From positions 564,217 through 628,216 of the forward strand of contig CAZEJT010000001.1 of NCBI GenBank assembly GCA_964512655.1: a DNA stretch of 64,000 nucleotides, written 5' to 3'. The notes beneath the pieces are model-generated. The model did not search any database. It saw nothing but the letters and a program-made list of their open reading frames with translations, and was not told the origin of the DNA. This document shows positions 8,123-18,155 of this stretch, piece by piece (position 1 is the first letter of the stretch; each line of letters opens with the position of its first letter). The translations under genes and the position numbers were made by a program. The DNA is from an uncultured Chlorobiaceae bacterium. Its GTDB lineage: Bacteria > Bacteroidota > Ignavibacteria > UBA10030 > SZUA-254.

Positions 8123-10333
8123 ATGCAAAACGTAGCAGGGCTGCTCTATCGTTCCCTCGTTGCAGTCGTTCTATTCTGGTTCTCCCCGGCCGCCTTTGGC
8201 CAACCTGACGGGTTTCGAAAAACAGCAGACGACATCGACAAAAAATACACGAGTGTCGGCAACATAGGTCTGACCGTCACCAATTTCGGGACGCTCGGAA
8301 CGCGCAACGCCTACTGGCCGACCCAGCCGTCGTGCGAGTACCCGCGCGGCTCGCGCATCGAGCATATTTATCAGGGAGGACTGTGGGTGGGCGCGGTGGT
8401 CAAGACGCCGGATCCTTCCAATCCGAGGAACGGCCTGATCCTCGTCTCGACGGGGGCAACGGACCGCGCTTCCACTTCTTCGACGAACGGGGGGGATTAC
8501 GAATTCAACTCCGAGCTGAAGGATTCCATCACGGAGATCTCGACGCTCACGGACGACCGTCCGAAGACCTCCCAGTTCTCCCCCCTCGCAGTCAGCCACC
8601 AGGATTTCATCTCGGAGTACACAGACAAGTTCACGCGTTCTCCCTCGACCGGCGACTCGATCGTGAACCACATTCCACTCGGCATCAGGGTCCACCAGGA
8701 GAGCTACGCGTGGAATTTCCCGTTTGCGGATTTCTTCGTCATCCTCCGGTACGAGATCTACAACGCCGGAGCGGACACGCTCGACAGCGTGTATGTCGGC
8801 CTCTGGGACAATGCCGTGGTGCGCAACACGAACTACGTCCAGCCAAGAACCGTGGGCTACTTCGACAACACCGGGCACGGCTTCGATTCCCTCCAGCGGA
8901 TGGCGTATTCGTTCGATTTCAACGGCGCCCCCGGCGGGCCTCCCGCCGACAGCTACATCGGCGTGAAGCTCCTCGGGACGACTCCGTTCCCGTCGAACGT
9001 CGACTCGGTGGGCAACCTGTACAGGCACACCTATTATAACGCCTGGCAGTTCAGGCTCAGCAGCGGCGACGAGGCGTACCTCTCTCCGACCGACGACTAT
9101 AACGCAAACAGATACCTGAGCCGCTATTCCAGGATGACGCAGACGATGCCGCAGGATCACATCGACGCGCTGCGCATCCGGCCGAAGAACGTCACGTATC
9201 TCCTTTCCACCGGACCGTTTTCGCGCCTGAATCCCGGCGACTCCCTCGAGGTGGTCTTCGCCGTCACCTGCGCAAAGAAATTCGGGACCGACCCGGCGTT
9301 CCTCGACACCAAGCTGCAGAGAAAGACGCTCTACACCAATGTCGGCTGGGCCCAGCAATCGTACCAGGGAGAGGATATCAACGGCAATAACGCGCTCGAT
9401 CCCGGCGAGGACGTCGCGCGACGGGATTCGGTGTCTCCGACGGAATTCGGACTCCGTTACGAGCCCGACGGCAAGATCACGCGCTATCTCCTTCCGACAC
9501 CCCCGCGCCGGCCGAAGGTGAGGGTGGAGGTCGGCAGCGAGAATGTGGTCGTCTACTGGGACAAGTCGTCCGCCGAAGAGTCGGTGGACCCGATCCTGGG
9601 GCGGAGGGATTTCGAGGGGTACCGCGTCTACCGCTCAAACGCCGGAGAAGATTTTCAGGATCATGAGAACTTCACGATCAACCTTGCGCTCGTGGGAGAG
9701 TTCGACCGGGCCGACGACAACATCGGCTACAACACCGGCTTCTCCAAGATACTCCTCGACACGGCCAAGACCTTTCCCGGCGATACGGTCCGGTACTGGT
9801 ACCGCTTTCCGCCGAAGGGCGTGAAGGTCGACGACCTGAACGGCTGGCAGTATCTTTACGCCGTCACCGCGTTCGACCAGGGTGATTCAGTGAACAATGT
9901 CCCGAGCCTTGAAAGCGCCCGGGTGATTCACCGGGTCATCCCGGGCACGAAGCCGTCCTCGGACCCGGGCACGGCGATCGGCGTCTACCCCAATCCATAC
10001 TACGCGAACGCATTCTGGGACGGAAGCCGCGAGAGGCAGAGGAAGATCTACTTCTATAATCTTCCGTCGCGCGCCGAAATCACCGTCTATACGCTTGCGG
10101 GAGACGTCGTGACCGTTCTCGAACACGACGCAGCCACAAACAACGGAGAAGGAATCGGCTGGTTCACGCAGTACGGGGATGCATCGACGCAGGCCCAGGT
10201 CACCGGGGGAGAGCACGCATGGGATCTGATCACGCGGTACGATCAGGCGATTGCGACAGGCCTCTACCTCTTCACCGTCAAGGACCTGGAATCGGGCTCG
10301 GTGAAGCGCGGGAAATTCATGATCATCAAATGA
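8123..10333 (+). CDS. large secreted protein with type IX secretion system C-terminal sorting domain (T9SS cargo), function unknown
   Basis: Signal peptide MQNVAGLLYRSLVAVVLFWFSPAAFGQ (track ORF starts 54 nt earlier). The C-terminal ~90 aa match the T9SS CTD pattern VYPNPY...ITVYTLAGDVVTVL...GLYLFTVK...KRGKFMIIK. Confidence 0.7.
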   Translation: MQNVAGLLYRSLVAVVLFWFSPAAFGQPDGFRKTADDIDKKYTSVGNIGLTVTNFGTLGTRNAYWPTQPSCEYPRGSRIEHIYQGGLWVGAVVKTPDPSNPRNGLILVSTGATDRASTSSTNGGDYEFNSELKDSITEISTLTDDRPKTSQFSPLAVSHQDFISEYTDKFTRSPSTGDSIVNHIPLGIRVHQESYAWNFPFADFFVILRYEIYNAGADTLDSVYVGLWDNAVVRNTNYVQPRTVGYFDNTGHGFDSLQRMAYSFDFNGAPGGPPADSYIGVKLLGTTPFPSNVDSVGNLYRHTYYNAWQFRLSSGDEAYLSPTDDYNANRYLSRYSRMTQTMPQDHIDALRIRPKNVTYLLSTGPFSRLNPGDSLEVVFAVTCAKKFGTDPAFLDTKLQRKTLYTNVGWAQQSYQGEDINGNNALDPGEDVARRDSVSPTEFGLRYEPDGKITRYLLPTPPRRPKVRVEVGSENVVVYWDKSSAEESVDPILGRRDFEGYRVYRSNAGEDFQDHENFTINLALVGEFDRADDNIGYNTGFSKILLDTAKTFPGDTVRYWYRFPPKGVKVDDLNGWQYLYAVTAFDQGDSVNNVPSLESARVIHRVIPGTKPSSDPGTAIGVYPNPYYANAFWDGSRERQRKIYFYNLPSRAEITVYTLAGDVVTVLEHDAATNNGEGIGWFTQYGDASTQAQVTGGEHAWDLITRYDQAIATGLYLFTVKDLESGSVKRGKFMIIK

Positions 10334-10343
10334 AGCCCCGCCA

Positions 10344-13022
10344 ATGAGAGTGTTGACAGCGGTTCTTCTCATCGCCGTTCTCATGATGGCGGGGTGTGAA
10401 AAGGAAGGCCCTTCCCAGGCGAATGCCAACAAGCCGCCGAAGACGTATCTCTGGCTCTTCCCGGACTCGACCATCGCCGAGGGACACAGCAGACAGCACC
10501 TCAGGTGGTGGGGCACCGATCCCGATGGGGTCGTCGAGGGATTCCTCATCTCTACGGGGAGAATCCCGCCGCGTAATCCGGCAGACGGCGTGAGGGACAC
10601 GGTCACGTGGCATTGGACCACTGCGAACGATTCGGAGGTCGCGTTTCCGCTGCTGGTGAAAAGGGACACGTTTCAGGTCGAGGTTCGCGCAGTCGACAAC
10701 ACGATCGGACAATCGCTCCCCGCGGACGCAATTATCCGCTTCGTCCCGGAGGGCGCCACGACGGGGTCCTACAACGGTCCTCCGTTCTGGGACCGCAACG
10801 GGGACGGCCAGTACGATGCGGGGGACGTTCCCCTCGAATCGCTTCTGGGCGCGATCGACCCATCGGGCGCCGGGCTCGGATTCCCTGTCCTGAATCAGCC
10901 CCCGTCGGTGGTGTATGCCCAGGATCCCAACAACCCGGGCACGCAGATGCAGCAGCCCGAAACGACCTATACTGCGGCGTCCTTCGCCTGGGTCGGGAGC
11001 GACCCCGACGGCGATCAGACGATCGCGCGATACGAAATTGCGCTCAACAGCACGACGGATTCTACGAGATGGGTGCCATTGCCGGGCAACGTCAAGCTCG
11101 TCACGCTGGTTGTCCCGCGCGAACGCTCCAACGGCCTGACCCGGAGTCAGGAGGTCGACGCGGATGTCTGGTCGGGAACGTACGCCACGACGCGAATTCT
11201 GAGAGGTACCATCCAGCATCTCAAGCTCGATACGTTGAACAGGTTCTATGTGCGCGCCCGGGACATCGCCGGCGACGTCAGCCCGGCGGCCGGCCTGCCG
11301 GGGGATTCGACGCGGCATTGGTTCGTAAAGAATCCCAAAGGGAGAGTCCTTATTGTCAACGACTATATATCAAACGACCGGGATTCGGCCCTCGCCTTTT
11401 ACAAGAGGGTGGTTCCAGCGGTTGGCTATCCGCAATTCGAGGTGCTGAACATCGGCGCCGGACTCACTCCCCAGCAGAAGTCGGATTCCCACTTCGGCAA
11501 GCTCGTTCCTCCGTTCCTCGATCCGGCGTTCATTTCGACGCTCCACCTTTTCGACATCGTGATCTGGTACACGGATCCGATTCCGAGTCTTGCCGTCGCG
11601 CAGTACCCTCTCTTCGAGTATGTGCGGGACGCCACCCACCGCGGCAAGGTGATCTTCTCCACGCTCTTTGCCACGGCCAGCGACCCCCGGGGAGCGATCA
11701 CCGATTTTTCGCCCCTGGACAGCATCAGCTCGGTCGACCTGAATACCACGCGCCTGATACCCTCCCTCGGAGACACGCGCATCCCGGGCGGGTATGTTCT
11801 GATACCCGACTCCTCGGATCCCTCGGACATTTTCGCCCCCCTGCAGTTTAATATTCGCTCTAACGGGGCGGCACACTCCGTCTTCATGCGCCCAATCTAC
11901 AAGCGGGCGGATGCCAGTTATATCTACCATATTCAGCCCGACACTCACATTCCGCTCCGCTATGCGTACGCTCCCACATTGAACGACCTCCTGGCGGTTT
12001 CGGGAAGCGGGGGGGGCGTGTGGGCGTGCGGCGCGAACGGCACGATCCTGCACACGTCCGACCAGGGGAAGACGTGGAAGGCTCAGGGGAGCGGGACCAG
12101 CGCCAATCTGAACGCGATGCAGTTCCTCACCGGCTCCGAGGGCTGGGCGGCGGGAGAAGGCGGCAAGATCCTTCACACTCTGGACGGCGGAGCGACATGG
12201 CAGGACCGATCGGTCATTACGCTCGAAAACCTATACGGAGTATGGTTCACGACCGCTCAGAGCGGCATCATGGTGGGGAGCAACGGCCTGCTCATCCGGA
12301 CAACGAACGGAGGGAATTCGTGGTTCTCGGTCTCATCGCACACCGGGAGTTTTCTGCACGCGGTTCAGTTCAATGGAAATGCGACCGGGGTTGCCGTGGG
12401 TGACAGCGGGACGATACTGAAGACCGTCGACGGCGGAGCCACATGGGCGCAGGTTCTCCGTCCCACTCCGGAGCGGCTCAACACCGTTGCTTTTTCAGGA
12501 GCGTCGACCGCATTCGCTGCGGGGTCAGGAGGAGTCATCGTGCAGTCGACCGACGCCGGGAGCACGTGGAACACCACCGGTCCGGCCACGGGCGCAGAGT
12601 TTCGTTCAATCTTTTTCGCCGATCCCTCGAACGGTTGGGTGACCGGGACGCTCGGGACTCTCTACGGGACGCAGGACGGGGGCGCGAGCTGGACTCCTCC
12701 CCCGGGTCCGTTTGGGGCCACGGTCGGGCAACATCTGACGGGCGCATATTTCTCAGACCCGCTTCAGGGATGGTGCGTCTGCACCGCTGGCTACATCATC
12801 CACACGGTGAACGGGGGGACCGCTCCGAACACAGATCCGGACTGGCTGACCCAGCCGCAGGGAGTCCTGAACATGGGGGTCATCGACGGCGTCGGGATCG
12901 ACGGAAAGCGGAGTTTCGTTTTTCTGGGATTACCCCTGCATCTCCTCGATGCCCAGAATGTCGGGCCGAGCACCGCGATACCTTTCCTTCAACATGTATT
13001 GCATGACGAGTTCAGACAATAG
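10344..13022 (+). CDS. large lipoprotein with C-terminal Ycf48/BNR-like beta-propeller repeats
   Basis: Lipobox LMMAGC. At least six repeats of the form G-x-x-G-x-I-L-x-T-x-DGG-x-TW (ILHTSDQGKTW, ILHTLDGGATW, LIRTTNGGNSW, ILKTVDGGATW, IVQSTDAGSTW, LYGTQDGGASW). Confidence 0.65.
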   Translation: MRVLTAVLLIAVLMMAGCEKEGPSQANANKPPKTYLWLFPDSTIAEGHSRQHLRWWGTDPDGVVEGFLISTGRIPPRNPADGVRDTVTWHWTTANDSEVAFPLLVKRDTFQVEVRAVDNTIGQSLPADAIIRFVPEGATTGSYNGPPFWDRNGDGQYDAGDVPLESLLGAIDPSGAGLGFPVLNQPPSVVYAQDPNNPGTQMQQPETTYTAASFAWVGSDPDGDQTIARYEIALNSTTDSTRWVPLPGNVKLVTLVVPRERSNGLTRSQEVDADVWSGTYATTRILRGTIQHLKLDTLNRFYVRARDIAGDVSPAAGLPGDSTRHWFVKNPKGRVLIVNDYISNDRDSALAFYKRVVPAVGYPQFEVLNIGAGLTPQQKSDSHFGKLVPPFLDPAFISTLHLFDIVIWYTDPIPSLAVAQYPLFEYVRDATHRGKVIFSTLFATASDPRGAITDFSPLDSISSVDLNTTRLIPSLGDTRIPGGYVLIPDSSDPSDIFAPLQFNIRSNGAAHSVFMRPIYKRADASYIYHIQPDTHIPLRYAYAPTLNDLLAVSGSGGGVWACGANGTILHTSDQGKTWKAQGSGTSANLNAMQFLTGSEGWAAGEGGKILHTLDGGATWQDRSVITLENLYGVWFTTAQSGIMVGSNGLLIRTTNGGNSWFSVSSHTGSFLHAVQFNGNATGVAVGDSGTILKTVDGGATWAQVLRPTPERLNTVAFSGASTAFAAGSGGVIVQSTDAGSTWNTTGPATGAEFRSIFFADPSNGWVTGTLGTLYGTQDGGASWTPPPGPFGATVGQHLTGAYFSDPLQGWCVCTAGYIIHTVNGGTAPNTDPDWLTQPQGVLNMGVIDGVGIDGKRSFVFLGLPLHLLDAQNVGPSTAIPFLQHVLHDEFRQ

Positions 13023-13023
13023 C

Positions 13024-15897
13024 ATGAGCAGGACACGATCCTCGGCGTTGCTTCTGATCCTCCTTGCGCTCACTCCGGCGGCGCAGGCCCCTCTGAAGGC
13101 GCAGGGGGGAGCCAAGGGAACGATCGCGGGAAAAGTGGTCGACGAAAAGTCGGAACCCCTGGCGAGCGTCAACGTGGCGATCAAAGGAACGTATTACGGA
13201 GCAATAACCGGAATAGACGGCACGTTCAGAATCCCGAACATGGGCGAAGGCTCGTACACCCTCGATGCTTCGCTCCTCGGATACAAGACCGTGGAATACA
13301 CCGACGTGAAAGTCAAGCCGGGGGAGGCGGTGAATCTCAGCATCAAGATGGAGGAGACGGTCCTCAGCCTCGGTCAGGAGGTTGTCATCGTCGGCGAGAA
13401 ACCGCTCTTTAACCTGGAGGAGACGCAGACCACGCGCTCCATCAAGAGCGAAGACATCAAGGCCTCGGCGGTGCAGAACGTCCAGGACATCGTCTCGATG
13501 CAGGCCGGGGTGGTGCAGGCCGACAACGAGGTTCACATCCGGGGAGGGAGGACCTATGAGAACGCATACCTCCTCGACGGGGTCTCCGTGCAGGATCCGC
13601 TCGGCGGCACCGGGTTCGGGCTGCAGCTCAGCCCGGGATCGATTCAGGAAGTGGAGGTCATCACGGGGGGCTACAACGCGGAATACGGTCAGGCAACTTC
13701 CGGAATCGTCAACATCACGACGAAGGAAGGAAGCCAGAAATACACAGGGTCGGCGGCCTACAAACGCGATCACTTCGGATTCAACCAGAACGATCTCTCG
13801 AACGAAAACACGGACATTTACGAGGTGAGCCTCAGCGGCCCGGAACCGCTGACATCATATCTCCTTCCGTCACTGGGCGCAACCATTCCGGGAAGCGTCA
13901 GCTTCTTCGGGAACTTCTACACCAATCTGACCGATGGTTACACGCGATGGACTCAAACGATCGTCAACGGCCAGCCGGAGGGTTACCATACCACGGTTCC
14001 CGGTCATCTTGTCTCGTCGCTCTATCCCGGGAGCTCGTGGCTTTCCCCGCGAGGGAGCAACAACTGGTCGTGGCTCGCAAAGCTAACGTGGAAGCCGATT
14101 TCTACCGTGAAGCTGGCATACAGTTATTCCACCTCGATCTCGATCGATCAGGACTCGAAGACCTTCCAGGCGACCCTTGAGCACATCGAGCCGCTCCCGG
14201 GGTATCAATACGAGTTCCAGAACATCCTTGACAGCGCCAACACGTTTACGCAACGCAACATCCAGCATTCCTTCACGCTGACGCACACGTTGAGCTCCAA
14301 AACTTTTTATGAGCTTCGTTTCAGCCGCTACAGCGCCCGGGTGCGCGGGGATGCGAACGGGCTCTATTACGACGCGTACCGGCAGCCGAAAGATATCGTG
14401 ACGCTCCCGATCCAGTACTACAATATCAGGCACGACACGATCGGCGTAATCCCCGGCGACGGCTTTTACGACGTTGGAAATGCCGCGCGCTGGCGCGATC
14501 ATTCCCTTGTCGAGTACACGTTTAAAGGAGACCTGACGAATAATTTCACCGAGAAAAACAAGTTTAAGGCGGGGGGCGAGTTCAGATTTCAGAACATCCA
14601 GATGGCCGACATCATCGACCCGTGGATCAAACCGCTCGGGTTCAACAACGACATTTACCGGGTCAACCCCGCTCTGGGGGCTTTCTATGCCCAGGACAAC
14701 CTCTCGCTGAAAGGAATGATCATCAACTTCGGGCTGAGGTTCGACTACTGGTTCCCGGGCAAATTCGTGGACCAGACAGTCGCCCTCCCGTCCTCCCAGA
14801 CCAACATCTCCGACCCGGTCAGGACCGCGTACGAGGACGACACGTTCGACCTCTTCGGCAACAGGTGGAAGGGGAGGCTCAGTCCGAGGCTCGGCATCTC
14901 GCACCCCGTATCGGATAACCAGACCCTCTTCTTCTCCTACGGCCACTTCTCGAAGCTGCCGCGGCCCCAGTTCGTGTACGCGAAACTGGCGACCACGAGC
15001 GCGCACTCGACGTTTCAGACCATCGGGAACCCCGACCTGAATCCCGAGACGACGGTGTCGTACGAGCTCGGCCTCAGGAACCAGCTCAGCGGGAGCGACG
15101 TCCTGACCATCACCGCGTATTACAAAGACATCTTCGATTACATCACGGCACGCACGGTGGCCGTCCAGTCCTCGCGCTTTTCGGGGAGTTCGTACACGAC
15201 CTACGTAAATCTCGATTACAGCAGGATCCGCGGCGTCGAAGTGGAGTACAAGACGAGAATCGGCGGGTGGTTCAGGGGAACGGCGAACGGTTCGTACTCG
15301 ATCGCAACGGGCAAGAGCTCCCAGGCGGACGACGCGCTCTTCAACCTCCAGCAGGGGCTTGAAGAAAACATCAGAGAGGCGCCCGCCGTGTTCGACAGGC
15401 CGCTTCAGTTCGGCATCAATCTGAATTTCACGTCCAAACGGAATTCGCCCCTCTTCGGCTTCGGTCCGGGCATTCTCGACGATTACAACGCCTTCGTGAG
15501 AATCTTTTACGAGTCGGGAAAGAGGTACACGCAGCAGCTGTTGTACGGATTCGATCCGACGACCGGAAGGCCCCTCTATGTCCCTGATTACAAGAACCCG
15601 TACGCGCAGGTGGGCGATCCGTGGTTCTACATCGATGCAAATTTTGAAAAGTATTTCGACGTCGGCGTCGGCAAGCTGACATTTTCGATCGAGGTGCAGA
15701 ATCTTCTGAACCGGAAGAACTCCGAGATCATCAATCCGGTGACCGGAAGGGCGTACGAGTACGGCGACCCGACGCAGAACAGCGTCAACGATCCGCTCTA
15801 TCCCGATCTCACTCCGCCAGTGACGCCGTACCCCTATAATCCCGCGCGCTACCTGAATCCGAGGACGTTGCGGGCCGGACTGGCACTTTCCTTTTAG
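13024..15897 (+). CDS. TonB-dependent receptor with N-terminal carboxypeptidase-regulatory-like domain and plug
   Basis: Signal peptide MSRTRSSALLLILLALTPAAQA. CarbopepD_reg-like GTIAGKVVDEKSEPLASVNVAIKGTYYGAITGIDGTFRI. Plug motifs IRGGRTYENAYLLDGVSVQD and AEYGQATSGIVNITTK. Long beta-barrel ending in terminal F. Start re-called from track 12949 to the in-frame ATG at 13024. Confidence 0.75.
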   Translation: MSRTRSSALLLILLALTPAAQAPLKAQGGAKGTIAGKVVDEKSEPLASVNVAIKGTYYGAITGIDGTFRIPNMGEGSYTLDASLLGYKTVEYTDVKVKPGEAVNLSIKMEETVLSLGQEVVIVGEKPLFNLEETQTTRSIKSEDIKASAVQNVQDIVSMQAGVVQADNEVHIRGGRTYENAYLLDGVSVQDPLGGTGFGLQLSPGSIQEVEVITGGYNAEYGQATSGIVNITTKEGSQKYTGSAAYKRDHFGFNQNDLSNENTDIYEVSLSGPEPLTSYLLPSLGATIPGSVSFFGNFYTNLTDGYTRWTQTIVNGQPEGYHTTVPGHLVSSLYPGSSWLSPRGSNNWSWLAKLTWKPISTVKLAYSYSTSISIDQDSKTFQATLEHIEPLPGYQYEFQNILDSANTFTQRNIQHSFTLTHTLSSKTFYELRFSRYSARVRGDANGLYYDAYRQPKDIVTLPIQYYNIRHDTIGVIPGDGFYDVGNAARWRDHSLVEYTFKGDLTNNFTEKNKFKAGGEFRFQNIQMADIIDPWIKPLGFNNDIYRVNPALGAFYAQDNLSLKGMIINFGLRFDYWFPGKFVDQTVALPSSQTNISDPVRTAYEDDTFDLFGNRWKGRLSPRLGISHPVSDNQTLFFSYGHFSKLPRPQFVYAKLATTSAHSTFQTIGNPDLNPETTVSYELGLRNQLSGSDVLTITAYYKDIFDYITARTVAVQSSRFSGSSYTTYVNLDYSRIRGVEVEYKTRIGGWFRGTANGSYSIATGKSSQADDALFNLQQGLEENIREAPAVFDRPLQFGINLNFTSKRNSPLFGFGPGILDDYNAFVRIFYESGKRYTQQLLYGFDPTTGRPLYVPDYKNPYAQVGDPWFYIDANFEKYFDVGVGKLTFSIEVQNLLNRKNSEIINPVTGRAYEYGDPTQNSVNDPLYPDLTPPVTPYPYNPARYLNPRTLRAGLALSF

Positions 15898-15899
15898 CG

Positions 15900-16937
15900 A
15901 TGCGACGGATCTTCGATACCCGGCGGATGATGAAAGCGGCGCTCCTGGGGCTTATGGTCCTGGCGGCAGCGGCCGCATCGGAAGCGCAGCTCGTGCCGAA
16001 TCTCGGCGGCCAGCGGGCCGGGATATCCGCCTTCCAGTTCCTCAAGATCGGCGCCGGGGCGAGGGGGTCGGCTCTTGGAGAATCGTTCGTCGCGATCGCC
16101 AACGACGCGACCGCTACGTACTGGAACCCGGCCGGTCTAACGGAGTTCTCGGAGAACGAGGTGATAGCGACCCACACGTGGTACGTGGTCGACCTCGGCC
16201 ACGAAGCATTTGCGGGTGCGTATCACCTCTCGCCGAGCGACGCCCTCGGGTTTTCGGTCATCTCGCTTCACACGGCCGACATGCCGGTCACCACGGAGAC
16301 TCAACCGTTCGGGACCGGGGCCTATTTCAAGTACGGCGATCTGGCGATGGGCCTCTCGTACGCGAAAAAAATGACGGACCAGTTCAGCTTCGGAGTGACG
16401 GTGAGATACGTCGATGAGACCCTCGACGTTCTCCACATGAGAGGCATCGTCGCCGACCTTGGAACGTATTACTGGACGGGCATCGGCTCCTCACGGTTCG
16501 CGGTCGTGGTGTCCAACTTCGGCGCAGACGTCAGCCCGAGCGGCGAGGTCACCCAGTTCAGCGGCCAGGGGGTAAGCTCCTTTCAGTCGTTTTCCCCTCC
16601 CACGCAGTTCAAGATCGGATTTGCCATGGAGCCGCTGCAGAAGGCCGATTCGCACGTGACAACGTCGCTCGAGCTCAACCATCCGAATGACAATGCCGAA
16701 AACGTCCACCTGGGGATCGAGTACCAGTGGGAACAATGGCTCTGGTTCCGCGGCGGCGTGAAACGCACAATCGGCGAGCGACTCCTGGGAAGGGATGACG
16801 CAACCTCCAACGATGTGACGTTCGGACTCGGCGTCGCCGCGCCCGTTGCCGAGCGCCGCGTCCTCGTGGATTACGCGTTCGCAAATTACAATACGCTCGG
16901 AGGCGTTCACCGGATTTCTCTGGGACTGACATTCTAA
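15900..16937 (+). CDS. PorV/PorQ-family (FadL-like) outer-membrane beta-barrel protein
   Basis: Signal peptide then the N-terminal motif FLKIGAGARGSALGESFVAIANDATATYWNPAGL, characteristic of the PorV/UPF0164/FadL-like family. Alternating beta-strand pattern, terminal F. Adjacent to a T9SS cargo gene. Confidence 0.5.
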   Translation: MRRIFDTRRMMKAALLGLMVLAAAAASEAQLVPNLGGQRAGISAFQFLKIGAGARGSALGESFVAIANDATATYWNPAGLTEFSENEVIATHTWYVVDLGHEAFAGAYHLSPSDALGFSVISLHTADMPVTTETQPFGTGAYFKYGDLAMGLSYAKKMTDQFSFGVTVRYVDETLDVLHMRGIVADLGTYYWTGIGSSRFAVVVSNFGADVSPSGEVTQFSGQGVSSFQSFSPPTQFKIGFAMEPLQKADSHVTTSLELNHPNDNAENVHLGIEYQWEQWLWFRGGVKRTIGERLLGRDDATSNDVTFGLGVAAPVAERRVLVDYAFANYNTLGGVHRISLGLTF

Positions 16938-16940
16938 CCC

Positions 16941-18155
16941 ATGAAACCGATCCCCGCCATACTTCTCGTTTCCTTCGCCCTCGCTCTCGGGCTGGCGTCG
17001 GGCTGCGAATCGAAATTCCCGATCGATCCGCTTCTTCAGATCGCGCAAAACCAGCGCACCACGACTCCGGTCGGCGATACATCGTATGTGGAGATTTATC
17101 CCCCCTGGGGAGGGTTCGAATCCCCCCGGGCGGTCATCGTCGGCAACGACCAGCTCATTTACGTTGCGGACTACGGCCGCAATGAAGTGGTGATGCTGGA
17201 CGCCGGAGGGACGGTATTAAAACGCGAAACGACCATCAGGCATCCCATCTCCATCGCTCAGAATACAAAACTGGATCTGTATGTAGGAGGAGAAACAATC
17301 GCGCCGAACGGCACCGATACGATCGGGGCGATCACCAGGATTTTCCTGGTGAGGTTCGACACGACGTACGTTTCCCGGATCGATGCCGTTATAGGCCCGC
17401 TCGGCGACACTATCGTCACTCCGATACGCAGAGACACGTCGTATTTTTACAACCACGATCTGCCGAACGCGCACAAACGCGTCATCTGGGAGGAGCCGGG
17501 GCGGCCGCAGAGGCGCTACCCGGGGATCTCCTTTCTTCCGGGGAACGCGTACCTGGTGGCCCGCACCGGCACCGACAACACGAGCTTCGTGGATCCCGAC
17601 ACACGTCTCCTGCGCTTCAATAAGGGAGATACGCTCATCACTCCGGTAGGCGATCTTATCACGCGTCCTTCCGGGGGAACCGCGATTACCGACATACGGT
17701 ATCTCACCGGGCTGATGGTCTTCCCGTCTTCAAGCGATTTCGTGCTCACGCAATCCACGGACGGAGTTGCGTATGGCGCGATCTGGATGACGTACTACAG
17801 CAACATCGATTTCCAGGGGTGGCTCCCGAAATACGATCCGGCAAACGGCGTACAGCGGGGAACCGACTTCATCCGACCCTATATGTACCTGCACGCGAGC
17901 GCTGTGGCGTACGACAGGAGGCGACGCGAACTCTTTATCGTCGATTCAGGACTTGACAGCGTGTTCAAGTTTAACTCGAGGGGCCAGTTCCGCTCTGAGT
18001 CGTTCGGGAGGGCGCTGACGGGGGCGGGGCAATTCCGCGCCCTTAACTCCCCGATGGGGGTCGCATTCTCCAGCGACTGCACGCTCTACATCGCCGACAC
18101 CGGGAACAAGGTGATCAGGAGGTTCAAACTGTCGATACAAACGTCGTGCAATTGA
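16941..18155 (+). CDS. NHL-repeat beta-propeller lipoprotein
   Basis: Lipobox LGLASGC. NHL-like repeats (IYVADYGRNEVVMLD, LFIVDSGLDSVFKFN, LYIADTGNKVIRRF). Confidence 0.6.
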   Translation: MKPIPAILLVSFALALGLASGCESKFPIDPLLQIAQNQRTTTPVGDTSYVEIYPPWGGFESPRAVIVGNDQLIYVADYGRNEVVMLDAGGTVLKRETTIRHPISIAQNTKLDLYVGGETIAPNGTDTIGAITRIFLVRFDTTYVSRIDAVIGPLGDTIVTPIRRDTSYFYNHDLPNAHKRVIWEEPGRPQRRYPGISFLPGNAYLVARTGTDNTSFVDPDTRLLRFNKGDTLITPVGDLITRPSGGTAITDIRYLTGLMVFPSSSDFVLTQSTDGVAYGAIWMTYYSNIDFQGWLPKYDPANGVQRGTDFIRPYMYLHASAVAYDRRRRELFIVDSGLDSVFKFNSRGQFRSESFGRALTGAGQFRALNSPMGVAFSSDCTLYIADTGNKVIRRFKLSIQTSCN